NCBI GenBank assembly: GCA_964495555.1
Contig: CAZBWA010000001.1
Coordinates: forward strand, 9,873-73,872
Direction: 5' to 3'
DNA from: an uncultured Bifidobacteriaceae bacterium
Lineage (GTDB): Bacteria > Actinomycetota > Actinomycetes > S36-B12
Length of the DNA stretch: 64,000 nt
Positions 26,141 through 35,687 of the stretch are shown in pieces; within the stretch, counting starts at the first letter, position 1, and each line of letters begins with the position of its first letter. The notes below the pieces were generated by a model, which ran no database searches, had not been told where the DNA came from, and saw only the letters and a program-made list of their open reading frames with translations. Made by a program: the position numbers and the translations under genes.

Positions 26141-27525
26141 ATCAGGAACTCGCGGGGGTCGCCGTCGGGCCGCGGCGCGGCGGGCGCGGCCGGATAACCG
26201 ATCGCCACAGCGCCGAGGGGTAGCACCGTCGTAGGCAACCCGAGGCTCGCACGGATGACATCCGGGGCGAAGATCGACGAACCGATCCATGCGGATCCGA
26301 GTCCCTGGTTCGCCAGCGACACCATCAGGTTCTGCATGGCCGCGCCTCCGGCGACGAGGAACATCTCGCGCTCCGCCTGGCGTCGGCGATCATCGGGGTA
26401 GTCGTGGGCCGCCCCGTCGAGCTCGAGGAAGCCCCAGATGACGACGGGCGCAGTCCGCAGGATGTCCCCGCGTCGGATCCGGGCCTCGATGTCCATCACC
26501 CCGGGGGTTGCCTCGAGGTCGGCACGCCATGCGGCCGCTAGCGCGTCGAGGAGTCGGGCACGTCCGTCGTCCCTGCGCTGGATGTGGAAGCGCCATGGCG
26601 TGCTGTGGTGCGGCGCGGGTGCGGTGATGGCGGCCCGCAGGGCTTCGTCGAGACTGCTCTGGGGAACCTCCGCATCGGTGAATGCGCGCACGGTGCGGCG
26701 TTGGTGCACAGCGGTACGACGTGCCTCTGCAACTCCTAAGGAGAACATGTCCTCCTGGGGGGGACGAATGAGGTCTCGCGCGGGCGTATCGACATCGTGT
26801 GTCACGTACGCATCCAGCCCGCGTACCACGGCCACCGGTGCGGATCGCGTCTTTCCAGTGGCGAGATCGGCGGCCGAGGCGATTTCGTCGGCGATCGCGA
26901 TCACGGTCATCTCCAAGGTCCTCCCGAAGGGGTCGATCCTTCCCGTGTGATCGTCGAGTGGCCTCACTCCCGCTGCGCCGATCGCGACATCCGTGACACC
27001 TAGGCGCCACGGACGGCCCATGGTGTCGGTGATCACCACACCCAGGACCGTCCCGAGTTCGTCGCGGAGCTCGCGAGCGAGGTCTCGGGCGGACGCGTCG
27101 GGATCCTCGGGGAGGAGGACGACCGTCCCGTCCTCGGTATTGCTCGCATCGATCCCGGCAGCCGCCAGCACGAATCCATGATGGGTCTGGACGATGCGTG
27201 TCATTCCTCGGGGCGTGGCCCAGGCCGCGACAGTGCGCACGGATTCCCGGTCGATCCACTCCTCGCGACTGACCGCCGGGACGACGCGTCCCTCCACTTT
27301 GGCGACGACTTTGCTCGTGACGACGACGATGTCCCCATCCCGCGTGCCAAGCGAGCCATCACTCCACGCGACATCGCGCAGATGCGGGGCGATCAAGCGG
27401 ACGAGATTGTCACCCTCGGCGAAGGAGTGGTCCAGCGGGACGGAGACGACCTCGATGCGGTGAGCGTCACCGGACACGGGGTCCGGCCAGTCCGAGTGCC
27501 GCATCCGCCATGCGTGCCGTGGCAT
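26137..27525 (-). CDS. fbiB: Bifunctional F420 biosynthesis protein FbiB (gamma-glutamyl ligase plus nitroreductase-like domain)
   Basis: ORF 26137..27525. DGDIVVVTSKVVAKVEGR and VITDTMGRPWRLGVTDVAIG form the CofE domain, and the C-terminal half is nitroreductase-like. The true start is probably 27477 (GTG) to 27504 and overlaps the fbiA stop. Confidence 0.85.
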   Translation of the reverse strand: MPRHAWRMRHSDWPDPVSGDAHRIEVVSVPLDHSFAEGDNLVRLIAPHLRDVAWSDGSLGTRDGDIVVVTSKVVAKVEGRVVPAVSREEWIDRESVRTVAAWATPRGMTRIVQTHHGFVLAAAGIDASNTEDGTVVLLPEDPDASARDLARELRDELGTVLGVVITDTMGRPWRLGVTDVAIGAAGVRPLDDHTGRIDPFGRTLEMTVIAIADEIASAADLATGKTRSAPVAVVRGLDAYVTHDVDTPARDLIRPPQEDMFSLGVAEARRTAVHQRRTVRAFTDAEVPQSSLDEALRAAITAPAPHHSTPWRFHIQRRDDGRARLLDALAAAWRADLEATPGVMDIEARIRRGDILRTAPVVIWGFLELDGAAHDYPDDRRRQAEREMFLVAGGAAMQNLMVSLANQGLGSAWIGSSIFAPDVIRASLGLPTTVLPLGAVAIGYPAAPAAPRPDGDPREFLI

Positions 27526-28471
27526 CCGGATCGGTCATGAGGAGGGGAACGGCGGCGCACGCGATCCCTCGTTCCTCGATCGGGGCGACCTCGTCTGCAT
27601 CGACCGTGTCGACGAGCCACGCATCGATGATTCCCCCGTCACGACGTGCGCCGTAGTGCAGGGCAACCCCCGAAGCGGTGGTGGGGACCCCGATCGCACG
27701 GAGGCACGCGTCCGCCATACCGCGCACGGGTGCCCCGCCGATGATCGGCGACAGTCCGACGACCGGCGCCGCGGTCTGTCGCACCGCGTCCCGGATACCG
27801 GGGACCGCGAGGATCGTGCCGATCGACACGACCGGATTGCTGGGGGAGAGCAGGACGATGTCTGCCTCCGCGAGCGCCTCGAGGACTCCGGGAGCAGGAC
27901 GTGCCTCATCGATCCCCACGATGGTGAACCCGTGGGCAGGGAGGGTTGCGCGATGGCGGATCCACCACTCCTGGAAGTGGATCGCCACCCGGATCGGTCC
28001 GTCGTCTCCGGCGGTGCCATCGGGATCGTCGACGATCACGTGCGTCTCGGCGCGGTCATCGGACATCGGGAGGAGCGTGACTCCGGGTTGCCATCGATGG
28101 CAGAGAGCCGCCGTCACATCGCTGAGCGAATACCCGGCATTGAGCGATGTCGTGCGGACCAGGTGGGTGGCGATGTCGCGATCACCGAGACCGAACCACG
28201 TGGGCTCGACCCCGTAGGCCGCCAGTTCCTCCTTCGCATGGAACGTCTCGGCCTCGCGTCCCCATCCGCGTTCGGAACTCACGCCTCCGCCCAGGGTGTA
28301 CATGAGGGAGTCGAGGTCGGGACAGACGCGCAGCCCGTGGACCCAGATGTCGTCGCCCGTGTTGCCGATCACGGTGATCTCGACGTCGGATTCGGCGACG
28401 AGGTGCCGCACGCCGAGGCAGAAGCGCGCCCCGCCCATGCCGCCGGCAAGCACCGTGATCCGCGTCGTCAT
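27467..28471 (-). CDS. fbiA: 2-phospho-L-lactate (EPPG) transferase
   Basis: ORF 27467..28471. ITVLAGGMGGARF..CPDLDSLMYTLGG..SPSNPVVSIGTIL is the CofD/FbiA pattern. Confidence 0.9.
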   Translation of the reverse strand: MTTRITVLAGGMGGARFCLGVRHLVAESDVEITVIGNTGDDIWVHGLRVCPDLDSLMYTLGGGVSSERGWGREAETFHAKEELAAYGVEPTWFGLGDRDIATHLVRTTSLNAGYSLSDVTAALCHRWQPGVTLLPMSDDRAETHVIVDDPDGTAGDDGPIRVAIHFQEWWIRHRATLPAHGFTIVGIDEARPAPGVLEALAEADIVLLSPSNPVVSIGTILAVPGIRDAVRQTAAPVVGLSPIIGGAPVRGMADACLRAIGVPTTASGVALHYGARRDGGIIDAWLVDTVDADEVAPIEERGIACAAVPLLMTDPDATARMADAALGLAGPRVR

Positions 28472-28570
28472 CGCGGCATCCTGTCACGATCACGGGGCGG
28501 GGATGTGTGCTGGATCCGCCCCTCGAAGCGGCCATTTCACGAGAAAACGTCCGATTTCCGTCGATCGGGC

Positions 28571-28599
28571 TTGACGTGGGGGAATGACATCGTTGTAAT
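28571..28599 (+). promoter_or_regulatory. Candidate sigma-A-type promoter for whiB2 (-35 TTGACG, 17-nt spacer, -10 TGTAAT)
   Basis: TTGACG at 28571-28576 and TGTAAT at 28594-28599, about 44 nt upstream of the whiB2 GTG. Read by eye only; the -10 is imperfect. Confidence 0.3.
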
Positions 28600-28642
28600 A
28601 CTCCCTGGATACGCACGGACGTGGGTCGAGGAGGTCCATCGC

Positions 28643-28906
28643 GTGAGCGACAATCTTGCGTTTCTGCCGCTGTCCGATGTTGAGGAACTGGCATGGCAGG
28701 AGCGAGCTCTCTGCGCTCAAACCGACCCCGAGGCGTTCTTCCCCGAGAAGGGCGGCAGCACCCGTGAAGCCAAGCGCGTCTGCCTCTCCTGCGAAGTCCG
28801 GGTGGAGTGCCTCGAGTATGCGCTGGAGAACGACGAGCGATTCGGAATCTGGGGTGGATTGTCCGAGCGCGAGCGGCGCAGACTGAAGAAGCGCGCAATC
28901 TCCTAG
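28643..28906 (+). CDS. whiB2: WhiB-family transcriptional regulator (WhiB2/WhmD-like)
   Basis: GTG at 28643 (GAGGAGG upstream) at the end of ORF 27656..28906. ALCAQTDPEAFFPEKGGSTREAKRVCLSCEVRVECLEYAL..FGIWGGLSERERRRLKK gives four Cys plus the GIWGG turn. Lies next to fbiA as in Mtb Rv3260c (recalled). Confidence 0.9.
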   Translation: MSDNLAFLPLSDVEELAWQERALCAQTDPEAFFPEKGGSTREAKRVCLSCEVRVECLEYALENDERFGIWGGLSERERRRLKKRAIS

Positions 28907-28945
28907 TCGCCCGGGGTCCGGGTTTTCGGACCGTACAGTGGGTAG

Positions 28946-31900
28946 GTGACCGAGTCGCTCGAGTGGTTCGTCGCGGATGACGACCTCGATCTCGATGACG
29001 ATCCTGATCTCGATATCCCGCGACGTCGACACTGGGTCAACGCCGTCATTGTGGCCCACGATGGCGCCACCTGGCTGCCTGCGGTTCTCACGAAGATCGC
29101 AGAGCAGATCCGCCCACCGGACGCCATCGTCGGAGTGGACAACGCCTCCGGCGATGACAGCGCCCGCCTCCTGCGGGACTCCCTGACCGCTGCCCGCGTC
29201 CTGGAGACGGGCATCAACGCCGGGTTCGGCGGTGCGGTCGACGAGGGACTGCGATTGATCGGGGAATGGGACCTCCCTGACGACGTCGTGGAATGGATCT
29301 GGCTGTTGCACGATGACAGTGCCCCCGATGCCGACTGCCTGGACAAGCTCCTGCTCACCGCGGACATGTTCCCCTCGGCGGCGATCCTCGGACCCAAGAT
29401 CCTGGGGTGGCACGACCGCCGCCTGCTGCTTGAGGTGGGTGTCACCGTGGACTCCGACGGCAGGCGTGTCACGGGTCTCGAGCGACGCGAGCACGATCAG
29501 GGTCAACACGATGGGGCGCGAGACGTGCTCGCGGTCAGCACGGCGGGGATGCTCGTGCGACGCGACGTGTTCCAGGAGCTCCAGGGATTCGACCCGTATC
29601 TCCCCCTGTTCCGGGACGATCTGGACCTCTGCTGGCGGGCGTGGCGTCGGGGTCACCGCGTCATGATCGCCCCGGATGCAGTCATCCATCACCGCGAGGC
29701 ATCGGCGCACGCCCGTCGACGCGGTGACGACCATCCCCATCGCGACGACCGCGAGGCAGCCGCCCACCTCCTCCTCGCGCACGCCAATCGCATCGTCGCG
29801 CCGCTCGTCGCTCTACGTCTCCTCGTGGGCAGCGCGATCCGATCATCGGTCTACCTCCTCGGCAAGGACGTGCGCTCTGCGCGCGACGAGGTCACGGCCG
29901 TGGCGCGCGTGGCCTTCCATCCAGGGCGACTCCACGCGTCGCGGATTCTGGCGCGCGAGGGTGCGACGGAACCCGCGTCGGTGGTCCGCCACCTGCGACC
30001 CACGACCTGGGACCAGGTTCGCGGTGTCGCGGAGGCGGTCGGCGGCTACCTGACCACGAGTAGTTCCGCACTGAGTCCGAGTGTCAGCGCTCTGGAGAGC
30101 GTGGATGAGTCAGCGGCCTACCTGCCGGACGACTCCTCGGGTCGTCTTCGTCGCGTTCTGCTCAAGCCGAGCGTCCTGCTGACACTCGCGCTGGTCATGA
30201 TCGCGATCGCAGCGACGAGGACTCTCTGGTTCGGTGCTGGCGTGATCCAGGGGGGCGCGCTGCTCCCCGCGCCCCCGGGGGCATCGGATCTGTGGTCCAC
30301 GTACGTCGAGGCATGGCACGACGTCGGACCCGGATCCACGACCCCGTCGCCCCCGTACCTGATCGTCCTCGCGGTGCTCGCGACCGTGCTCCTCGGTAAG
30401 GCGCCCTGGGCCATCGCCGTGGTTCTGATGCTCGCCGTGCCCCTGGCCGGATGGTCGGCCTACATCGCATCGCGGGACATGGTGCCCTCGAAAATCACCC
30501 GCGCGTGGATGGCTGCGGCGTACGCACTCCTTCCCGCGATGACGGGCGCCGTCGCATCCGGACGAATAGGGACGACGATCGCTGCCATCGCGCTGCCCTT
30601 CGCGATCCGATCACTCTGGCGGCTCACGACACCGCGCGGATCCCTGCGTCGTGCGGCAGGCACGGCCCTGATCATCAGCATCGTTCTCGCGGCCGTGCCC
30701 GCGATGTGGATCGTCCTCGTTGCGGCGACCGTGCTCCTGACCCTGCGACGGGTGTCGCGCCAGGTAGCCGTACGGCTCACCCTCGCCCTCGCTGTTCCCC
30801 TCGTCGTACTCATGCCGTGGACGTGGTACCTCGTCACCCACCCTGCTCTGTTCCTGCTCGAGCCCGGCCTCCCGCGTGACTCGTTGATTGATCCGGAGCT
30901 CGCACCCCTCGATGTCATCGCCCTCCACCCCGGTGGGCCGGGCATGACCCCGCTCTGGGTGACCGGAGGCATCGTCCTGGGCGGCGTCCTCGCGCTGCTG
31001 CGGCGCGACACGCTTCGCCTGGTCGGGGCGTGGTGGATCATCGGCATGCTCGCGCTGGCGGTCGGGATCGCGCAGTCCCTGGTGACGGTCGTCCCGCCGG
31101 GATACTCCGCCGCGATCGCGCCCTGGCCTGGGCCCGCGACCTTGGTCTGGGGTCTAGCGCTCATCTCCGCGTGCGGGGTCGCAGTCGGGGGCCTCCGTGA
31201 ACGTTTCGTCGGCTCGAGCTTCACCATCTGGCAGCCGATCGCGGTGCTCGCGGTCATCGGTGCGATTGCTGCACCGATCGTGAGTGCGGTGTGGTGGGTG
31301 CCCGCGCGTGACCTCGCGGTGGCGCGAGCGCCGGAGTCGCCTCTTCCTGCATTCGTCGTCGCGGAGGCGGCGAGCCCTCAGGCCCCGCGCTCACTCGTCC
31401 TCGCGAGTTCGCGTGCCGGGGCGGTGGGGTATTCGCTCGTCAACGGATCGGGGGAGATGCTCGGAGATGCGGAGACCCTGCCTCCGGCCGATGTCTGGGA
31501 CACCTTCAATCAATACGTCGGGTGGATGGTCTCGGGCCGTGGAGGTCCCGAGGTCCCGGCGATCGCGTCGTACGGCGTGCGTTATGTCGTGCTCGATCGT
31601 GGATCGACCTCCGATCTCGTGCAGACCCTCGATTCCGAGCCTGGCCTGCGGCGCCTGTCCAGTGCCGACGACGCGGTCCTCTGGCGCATCGCCGGGGTCA
31701 CATCACGTGCGCGCGTCGTGGCCGAGGGCGCGGAGTCGCCGATGGGTCTGGTGAGCCCGGACGTCGTCGGTGTGGATCCGTACATCGACCAAGCGCTCCC
31801 CGAGGGTTCGGGTCAGCGTGTGATCGTTGTGGGCGCGACCCAAGATTCCGGATGGCGCGCGACGTCGAATGGTGTGGCACTGACACCCGTCATCGCCCCC

Positions 31901-32089
31901 GAGCCCGTCGCCTGGTCCGCCGCGTTTCTCGCCCCCGAGGGGACGGCTCCTGTGCGCGTGTGGTTCGACGCCGGGACGCGTCCTTGGTGGCTGGGCGCCC
32001 AGGCGCTCGTCGTCGCCGCCCTGATCGTCCTCGCGCTCCCGTCGCGTCGTGCGTTCGACCCGGATCCCGATGGTGAGGGCTCGCCATGA
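28946..32089 (+). CDS. Large glycosyltransferase family 2 protein fused to a polytopic membrane domain
   Basis: ORF 28946..32089. The N-terminal GT2 domain has AVIVAHDGATWLPAVL..VGVDNASGDDS..LLHDDSAPD. Many hydrophobic helices follow from about residue 430. Confidence 0.75.
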   Translation: MTESLEWFVADDDLDLDDDPDLDIPRRRHWVNAVIVAHDGATWLPAVLTKIAEQIRPPDAIVGVDNASGDDSARLLRDSLTAARVLETGINAGFGGAVDEGLRLIGEWDLPDDVVEWIWLLHDDSAPDADCLDKLLLTADMFPSAAILGPKILGWHDRRLLLEVGVTVDSDGRRVTGLERREHDQGQHDGARDVLAVSTAGMLVRRDVFQELQGFDPYLPLFRDDLDLCWRAWRRGHRVMIAPDAVIHHREASAHARRRGDDHPHRDDREAAAHLLLAHANRIVAPLVALRLLVGSAIRSSVYLLGKDVRSARDEVTAVARVAFHPGRLHASRILAREGATEPASVVRHLRPTTWDQVRGVAEAVGGYLTTSSSALSPSVSALESVDESAAYLPDDSSGRLRRVLLKPSVLLTLALVMIAIAATRTLWFGAGVIQGGALLPAPPGASDLWSTYVEAWHDVGPGSTTPSPPYLIVLAVLATVLLGKAPWAIAVVLMLAVPLAGWSAYIASRDMVPSKITRAWMAAAYALLPAMTGAVASGRIGTTIAAIALPFAIRSLWRLTTPRGSLRRAAGTALIISIVLAAVPAMWIVLVAATVLLTLRRVSRQVAVRLTLALAVPLVVLMPWTWYLVTHPALFLLEPGLPRDSLIDPELAPLDVIALHPGGPGMTPLWVTGGIVLGGVLALLRRDTLRLVGAWWIIGMLALAVGIAQSLVTVVPPGYSAAIAPWPGPATLVWGLALISACGVAVGGLRERFVGSSFTIWQPIAVLAVIGAIAAPIVSAVWWVPARDLAVARAPESPLPAFVVAEAASPQAPRSLVLASSRAGAVGYSLVNGSGEMLGDAETLPPADVWDTFNQYVGWMVSGRGGPEVPAIASYGVRYVVLDRGSTSDLVQTLDSEPGLRRLSSADDAVLWRIAGVTSRARVVAEGAESPMGLVSPDVVGVDPYIDQALPEGSGQRVIVVGATQDSGWRATSNGVALTPVIAPEPVAWSAAFLAPEGTAPVRVWFDAGTRPWWLGAQALVVAALIVLALPSRRAFDPDPDGEGSP

Positions 32090-33603
32090 GCCTGATCCGT
32101 CGACCCGACCTCACGGTGCGCTGGACGATCGTCGCGATCGTCGCGCTCATCGCAGTCGCACTCCTCGGTGAGGTCGTCGCGCGCGTGATCGGTACGGCGC
32201 CCTCCGAGCCGGCCGTGACCCGCGAGCCACTCGCCTCCCAGGTACTTCTATGCCCGGAGCCGGGTGCGGGGGGAGACCTCGGAGTGCGGGTGACCGCCGC
32301 CGTCGTCCCGGGCCAGCCGGGTCAGGACTCGGGCGCGGGCACCGCCGGTCTGGCGACCCTGCCGGGCGCCGGCTCCGCCTCGACGCCGATCCGGCAGGTG
32401 GGGGAGCAGGGGCAGATCGAGGCCTTCGGCACGTCACTGCCCCCGATCGTCGCCTTCGGCGAGGGGTCGCTGGCTCCCGGCCTCGTGGCCGACCAGTGGG
32501 GACGTGACCCGTCGGGCCGCGGACGCGGGATGGCCAGCACCGCCTGTGCTCCCGCGGCATCGGACTTCTGGTTCGTGGGCGGGGGCGCGGTCGCCGGTAG
32601 GCGCACGCGCGTGGTGTTGGTGAACCCCGACGAGTCCTCCGCCATCGCCGATGTGATCATCCACGGACCCGACGGCATCATCGACTCTCCCGCCAGCCGC
32701 GGACTCGTCGTCAAGGGTCGCGAGCGACTCGTGCTGCCGCTCGACGTGGTCGCGCCGGGTGTCAACGGCACTGCGATCCACGTCATCGTCCGCACCGGAC
32801 GACTCGGCGCCTCGGTCGACGATGAGCAGCGTTCGGGACTCGCGTCGATCGGCACCGACTGGATCCCGCAGGCTGCAGCTCCTGCCACCCGCGTCTACGT
32901 ACCCGGGATCATCAACGGTGACGGTGCGCGAGTGCTATCGATTGCGTCGGTTGGAGACGAGGATGCTCTCGTCAACTTACGGATTATCGCGCAGGATGGT
33001 TCCTACGCCCCGGTTGATCGGAGTTCGATCGAGGTGCCCGCGCAGTCGGTGGCCACGTTGGATCTAGCGCCGGTGCTCCCGCAGACTCCGGATGGTGTGC
33101 TTCCCGCGACCGTGGAGCTGACGAGCGACGTGCCCATCGTCGCGGGCATGCGCCAGTTCTTCGGGGGTCGCCGCGTGCAGGACGACACGAGCTTCGTCGG
33201 TGGGTCCCAACCGTTCACCGGTCCGTCCGCGGTGACGGGTCTTCCGGTCCGCTCCGCGACCGACGTGCGAATCGCCATCACCGCACCCGAGACCGCGGCA
33301 TCCGTCGACATCACCCTGCTCCCCTTCCGGGGTGGGCGTGAGGCGGCGGTGCCCACCGAGGCGCGTCGCGTCGACATCGCGGCCGGCCAGCTCCGCTGGC
33401 TGCGTCTCGAGCCGCCTCTCGATGTGGAGTGGTACACGGCCATCGTCACGCCCACCCCGGAGTCCGGCCCGGTGCTGGTGGCGCACCGGGTCCGGGAGAA
33501 GTCCCGATTCGGCGACCTCATCACCGGCTACTCGTGGCGGCCGCTGCGGACCGAGGTGACGGTGCCGACCGCCACGCAAGATCTCTCCGTGGGCGCGCAG
33601 TAA
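32086..33603 (+). CDS. Secreted/anchored conserved protein (DUF5719-like, recalled)
   Basis: ORF 32086..33603 with an ATGA junction to the upstream GT. N-terminal TM segment IVAIVALIAVALLGEVV. No catalytic motif recognised. Confidence 0.55.
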   Translation: MSLIRRPDLTVRWTIVAIVALIAVALLGEVVARVIGTAPSEPAVTREPLASQVLLCPEPGAGGDLGVRVTAAVVPGQPGQDSGAGTAGLATLPGAGSASTPIRQVGEQGQIEAFGTSLPPIVAFGEGSLAPGLVADQWGRDPSGRGRGMASTACAPAASDFWFVGGGAVAGRRTRVVLVNPDESSAIADVIIHGPDGIIDSPASRGLVVKGRERLVLPLDVVAPGVNGTAIHVIVRTGRLGASVDDEQRSGLASIGTDWIPQAAAPATRVYVPGIINGDGARVLSIASVGDEDALVNLRIIAQDGSYAPVDRSSIEVPAQSVATLDLAPVLPQTPDGVLPATVELTSDVPIVAGMRQFFGGRRVQDDTSFVGGSQPFTGPSAVTGLPVRSATDVRIAITAPETAASVDITLLPFRGGREAAVPTEARRVDIAAGQLRWLRLEPPLDVEWYTAIVTPTPESGPVLVAHRVREKSRFGDLITGYSWRPLRTEVTVPTATQDLSVGAQ

Positions 33604-33651
33604 CGGCGAGCCTGAGGGGGAAATGTCCGTCGGACCGCTACCGTCCGTGAG

Positions 33652-34077
33652 GTGAGTCGACGACGCTGCTCCAAGCCGTCGTGTTCGCAGCCCGCCGTAT
33701 CGACTCTGACCTACGTGTACGCGGATTCGACCGCCGTGCTGGGTCCGCTCGCCACATACGCGGAGCCCCACTGCTACGACCTGTGTCACATGCACAGCGA
33801 GCGGATGACGGCACCCATCGGGTGGGAGATCGTGCGGATCTCTCCGGATCCCGATGCCCTGAAGCCGTCGGTCGACGATCTGGAGGCGCTCGCCAACGCG
33901 GTTCGGGAAGCCGCGCGGCCTCGTTTCGATTCCTCCGATCCCGAGCCGATCCACACGCCCGGTGCGGTCGAGGTCGCGCGGCGCGGGCACCTGCGTGTGC
34001 TTCGGTCCGTGGACGAGTCCGAGCAGGCCGGCACGATGGGCTACCAGCAACGGCTGGACTCTGACGACACCTGGTAG
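33652..34077 (+). CDS. DUF3499 domain protein
   Basis: ORF 33652..34077. RRCSKPSCSQPAVSTLTYVYADSTAVLGPLATYAEPHCYDLCHMHSERMTAPIGWEIVRI matches my memory of the DUF3499 (Rv3258c-like) family. Confidence 0.8.
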   Translation: MSRRRCSKPSCSQPAVSTLTYVYADSTAVLGPLATYAEPHCYDLCHMHSERMTAPIGWEIVRISPDPDALKPSVDDLEALANAVREAARPRFDSSDPEPIHTPGAVEVARRGHLRVLRSVDESEQAGTMGYQQRLDSDDTW

Positions 34078-34101
34078 GTCGTTCGCCACTAACCTGATGG
34101 T

Positions 34102-35493
34102 GTGAGGGACCTCGGCTCGATAATCAAGGCCTACGACGTCCGCGGCGTGTACCCGGACCAACTCGACGAGGACCTCGCCCACGATGTCGGCGCCGCATTC
34201 GTGCGCGTTTGCGGTATCGCCGATGCTGAGGGAGCCGTCGTGATCGGACACGACATGCGCCCCTCGGGACCCGATCTGGTGGCGTCCTTCGCCGAGGGAG
34301 TCCGAGAGCAGGGATGCGATGTCGTCCTCATCGGCCTGGCCAGCACCGATGGCCTGTACTACGCATCCGGGGCGCTCGGACTCCCGGGCGCGATGTTCAC
34401 GGCAAGCCACAACCCGGCCAAGTACAACGGGATCAAGTTGTGTCGTGCGGGTGCGGCGCCCGTGGGGCAGGACTCTGGTCTCCGCGACATCCGCGCGCTG
34501 ATCGAGTCAGGAATCCCCGCCGGCATGGGCCGCATCGGTGAGGTGACGCAACGCGACGTCCTTGCCGACTACGCCGTCTTCCTCCGCTCACTCGTCGACC
34601 TCTCCTCGATCCGCAGGCTGCGCGTGGTCGTCGACGCGGGCAACGGCATGGGCGGCTTCACAGTCCCGGCTGTCCTGGCCGACGCAGCAGGGCTTCCGCC
34701 GCTGCCGCTCGACATCATTCCCATGTACTTCGAGTTGGACGGCACCTTCCCGAACCACGAGGCCAACCCGATCGAACCGGAGAATCTGCGCGACCTCCAG
34801 CGCCGTGTGGTCGAGGAGGGTGCCGACATAGGGCTCGCATTCGACGGAGACGCCGATCGCTGTTTCGTCGTCGACGAGACCGGGGGGATCGTCAGTCCCT
34901 CGGCGCTGACCGCGCTCATCGCCGCCCGAGAGCTCGCGCGGCATCCGGGGGCGACGATCATCCACAATCTGATCACCTCGAAGACGGTCCCCGAGGTCAT
35001 CGCGGAGCAGGGTGGCGTCGCTGTGCGAACGCGCGTGGGTCACTCGTTCATCAAGGCGACCATGGCCGAGACCGGCGCCGTGTTCGGGGGTGAGCACTCG
35101 GGTCACTTCTACTTCCAGGACTTCTGGCGGGCGGATTCAGGAATGCTGGCTGCCATGCACGCTCTCGCCGCGCTGGGAACGGCGGAGCCCGGCGTCACCT
35201 TCTCCTCCCTCATGGTGCCGTTTGATCGATACGTCGCGAGCGGGGAGATCAACACCGAGGTCGGCGATCAGGCTGAGGTCACTGCGCGGATCAAGGATCG
35301 CTATGCGCAGGTGTCGGGCGTGGACGTCGATGAGCTCGACGGGCTCACGATCGACGGTGGCGACTGGTGGTTCAACGTGCGTCCGAGCAACACCGAGCCC
35401 CTGCTTCGGCTCAATGCCGAGGCTCGCTCGGAGGAGATGATGATCCAGGTGCGCGATGATGTCCTGGCCATGATGAAGGGAAGTGCATCGTGA
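34102..35493 (+). CDS. manB: Phosphomannomutase/phosphoglucomutase
   Basis: ORF 34102..35493. FTASHNPAKYNGIKL (active-site Ser loop), GLAFDGDADRCF (metal loop) and GGEHSGHFYF. Confidence 0.9.
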   Translation: MRDLGSIIKAYDVRGVYPDQLDEDLAHDVGAAFVRVCGIADAEGAVVIGHDMRPSGPDLVASFAEGVREQGCDVVLIGLASTDGLYYASGALGLPGAMFTASHNPAKYNGIKLCRAGAAPVGQDSGLRDIRALIESGIPAGMGRIGEVTQRDVLADYAVFLRSLVDLSSIRRLRVVVDAGNGMGGFTVPAVLADAAGLPPLPLDIIPMYFELDGTFPNHEANPIEPENLRDLQRRVVEEGADIGLAFDGDADRCFVVDETGGIVSPSALTALIAARELARHPGATIIHNLITSKTVPEVIAEQGGVAVRTRVGHSFIKATMAETGAVFGGEHSGHFYFQDFWRADSGMLAAMHALAALGTAEPGVTFSSLMVPFDRYVASGEINTEVGDQAEVTARIKDRYAQVSGVDVDELDGLTIDGGDWWFNVRPSNTEPLLRLNAEARSEEMMIQVRDDVLAMMKGSAS

Positions 35494-35687
35494 GTGGACC
35501 TCTCGGATTGTCGGAGAACCTGTGGGCGGTCCTCGCGTGTCCGTGTGATGCCCACGGCGCAGTCGTCGCGGACGAGGAGTCCGGGATGATCGTGTGCACG
35601 GTGTGTGCTCGCCGATTCCCGGTGCGCGACGGTGTCCCGGTGATGCTGCTCGACGAAGCACTCATGCCCCCGGCGGTAGGCCAGTAG
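35490..35687 (+). CDS. Trm112-like small zinc-ribbon protein
   Basis: ORF 35490..35687. LACPCDAHG..IVCTVCARRFPVRDGVPVMLLDEA is Trm112/UPF0434-like. Overlapping junctions with pmm and manA. Confidence 0.7.
   Translation: MSGPLGLSENLWAVLACPCDAHGAVVADEESGMIVCTVCARRFPVRDGVPVMLLDEALMPPAVGQ

Noticed and set aside
26137-28471. fbiA/fbiB (F420 biosynthesis) as an unusual accessory insertion
   Set aside because: Their position next to whiB2 and the GDP-mannose pyrophosphorylase gene matches the mycobacterial arrangement as I recall it, so this is core synteny rather than novelty.
27656-28642. First 329 codons of ORF 27656..28906
   Set aside because: Antisense to fbiA. Only the last 87 codons (from GTG 28643 with a GAGGAGG SD) form the WhiB protein.
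28915-28932. Short hairpin GGTCCG-GGTTTT-CGGACC after whiB2 as a terminator
   Set aside because: The stem is only 6 bp, it lies 14 nt before the next start codon, and there is no U-tract after the stem. Too weak to call.
28490-29782. 430-aa minus-strand ORF antisense to the large GT2 gene
   Set aside because: No motifs and an off-frame composition, while the opposite strand has a clear GT2 domain. The same reasoning applies to these other antisense ORFs: 7834..8859, 9585..10613, 10782..11798, 13783..14679, 19809..20579, 22333..23403, 33064..34410, 40244..41728, 44442..45665, 45807..47381, 52872..54098 and 55512..56459.
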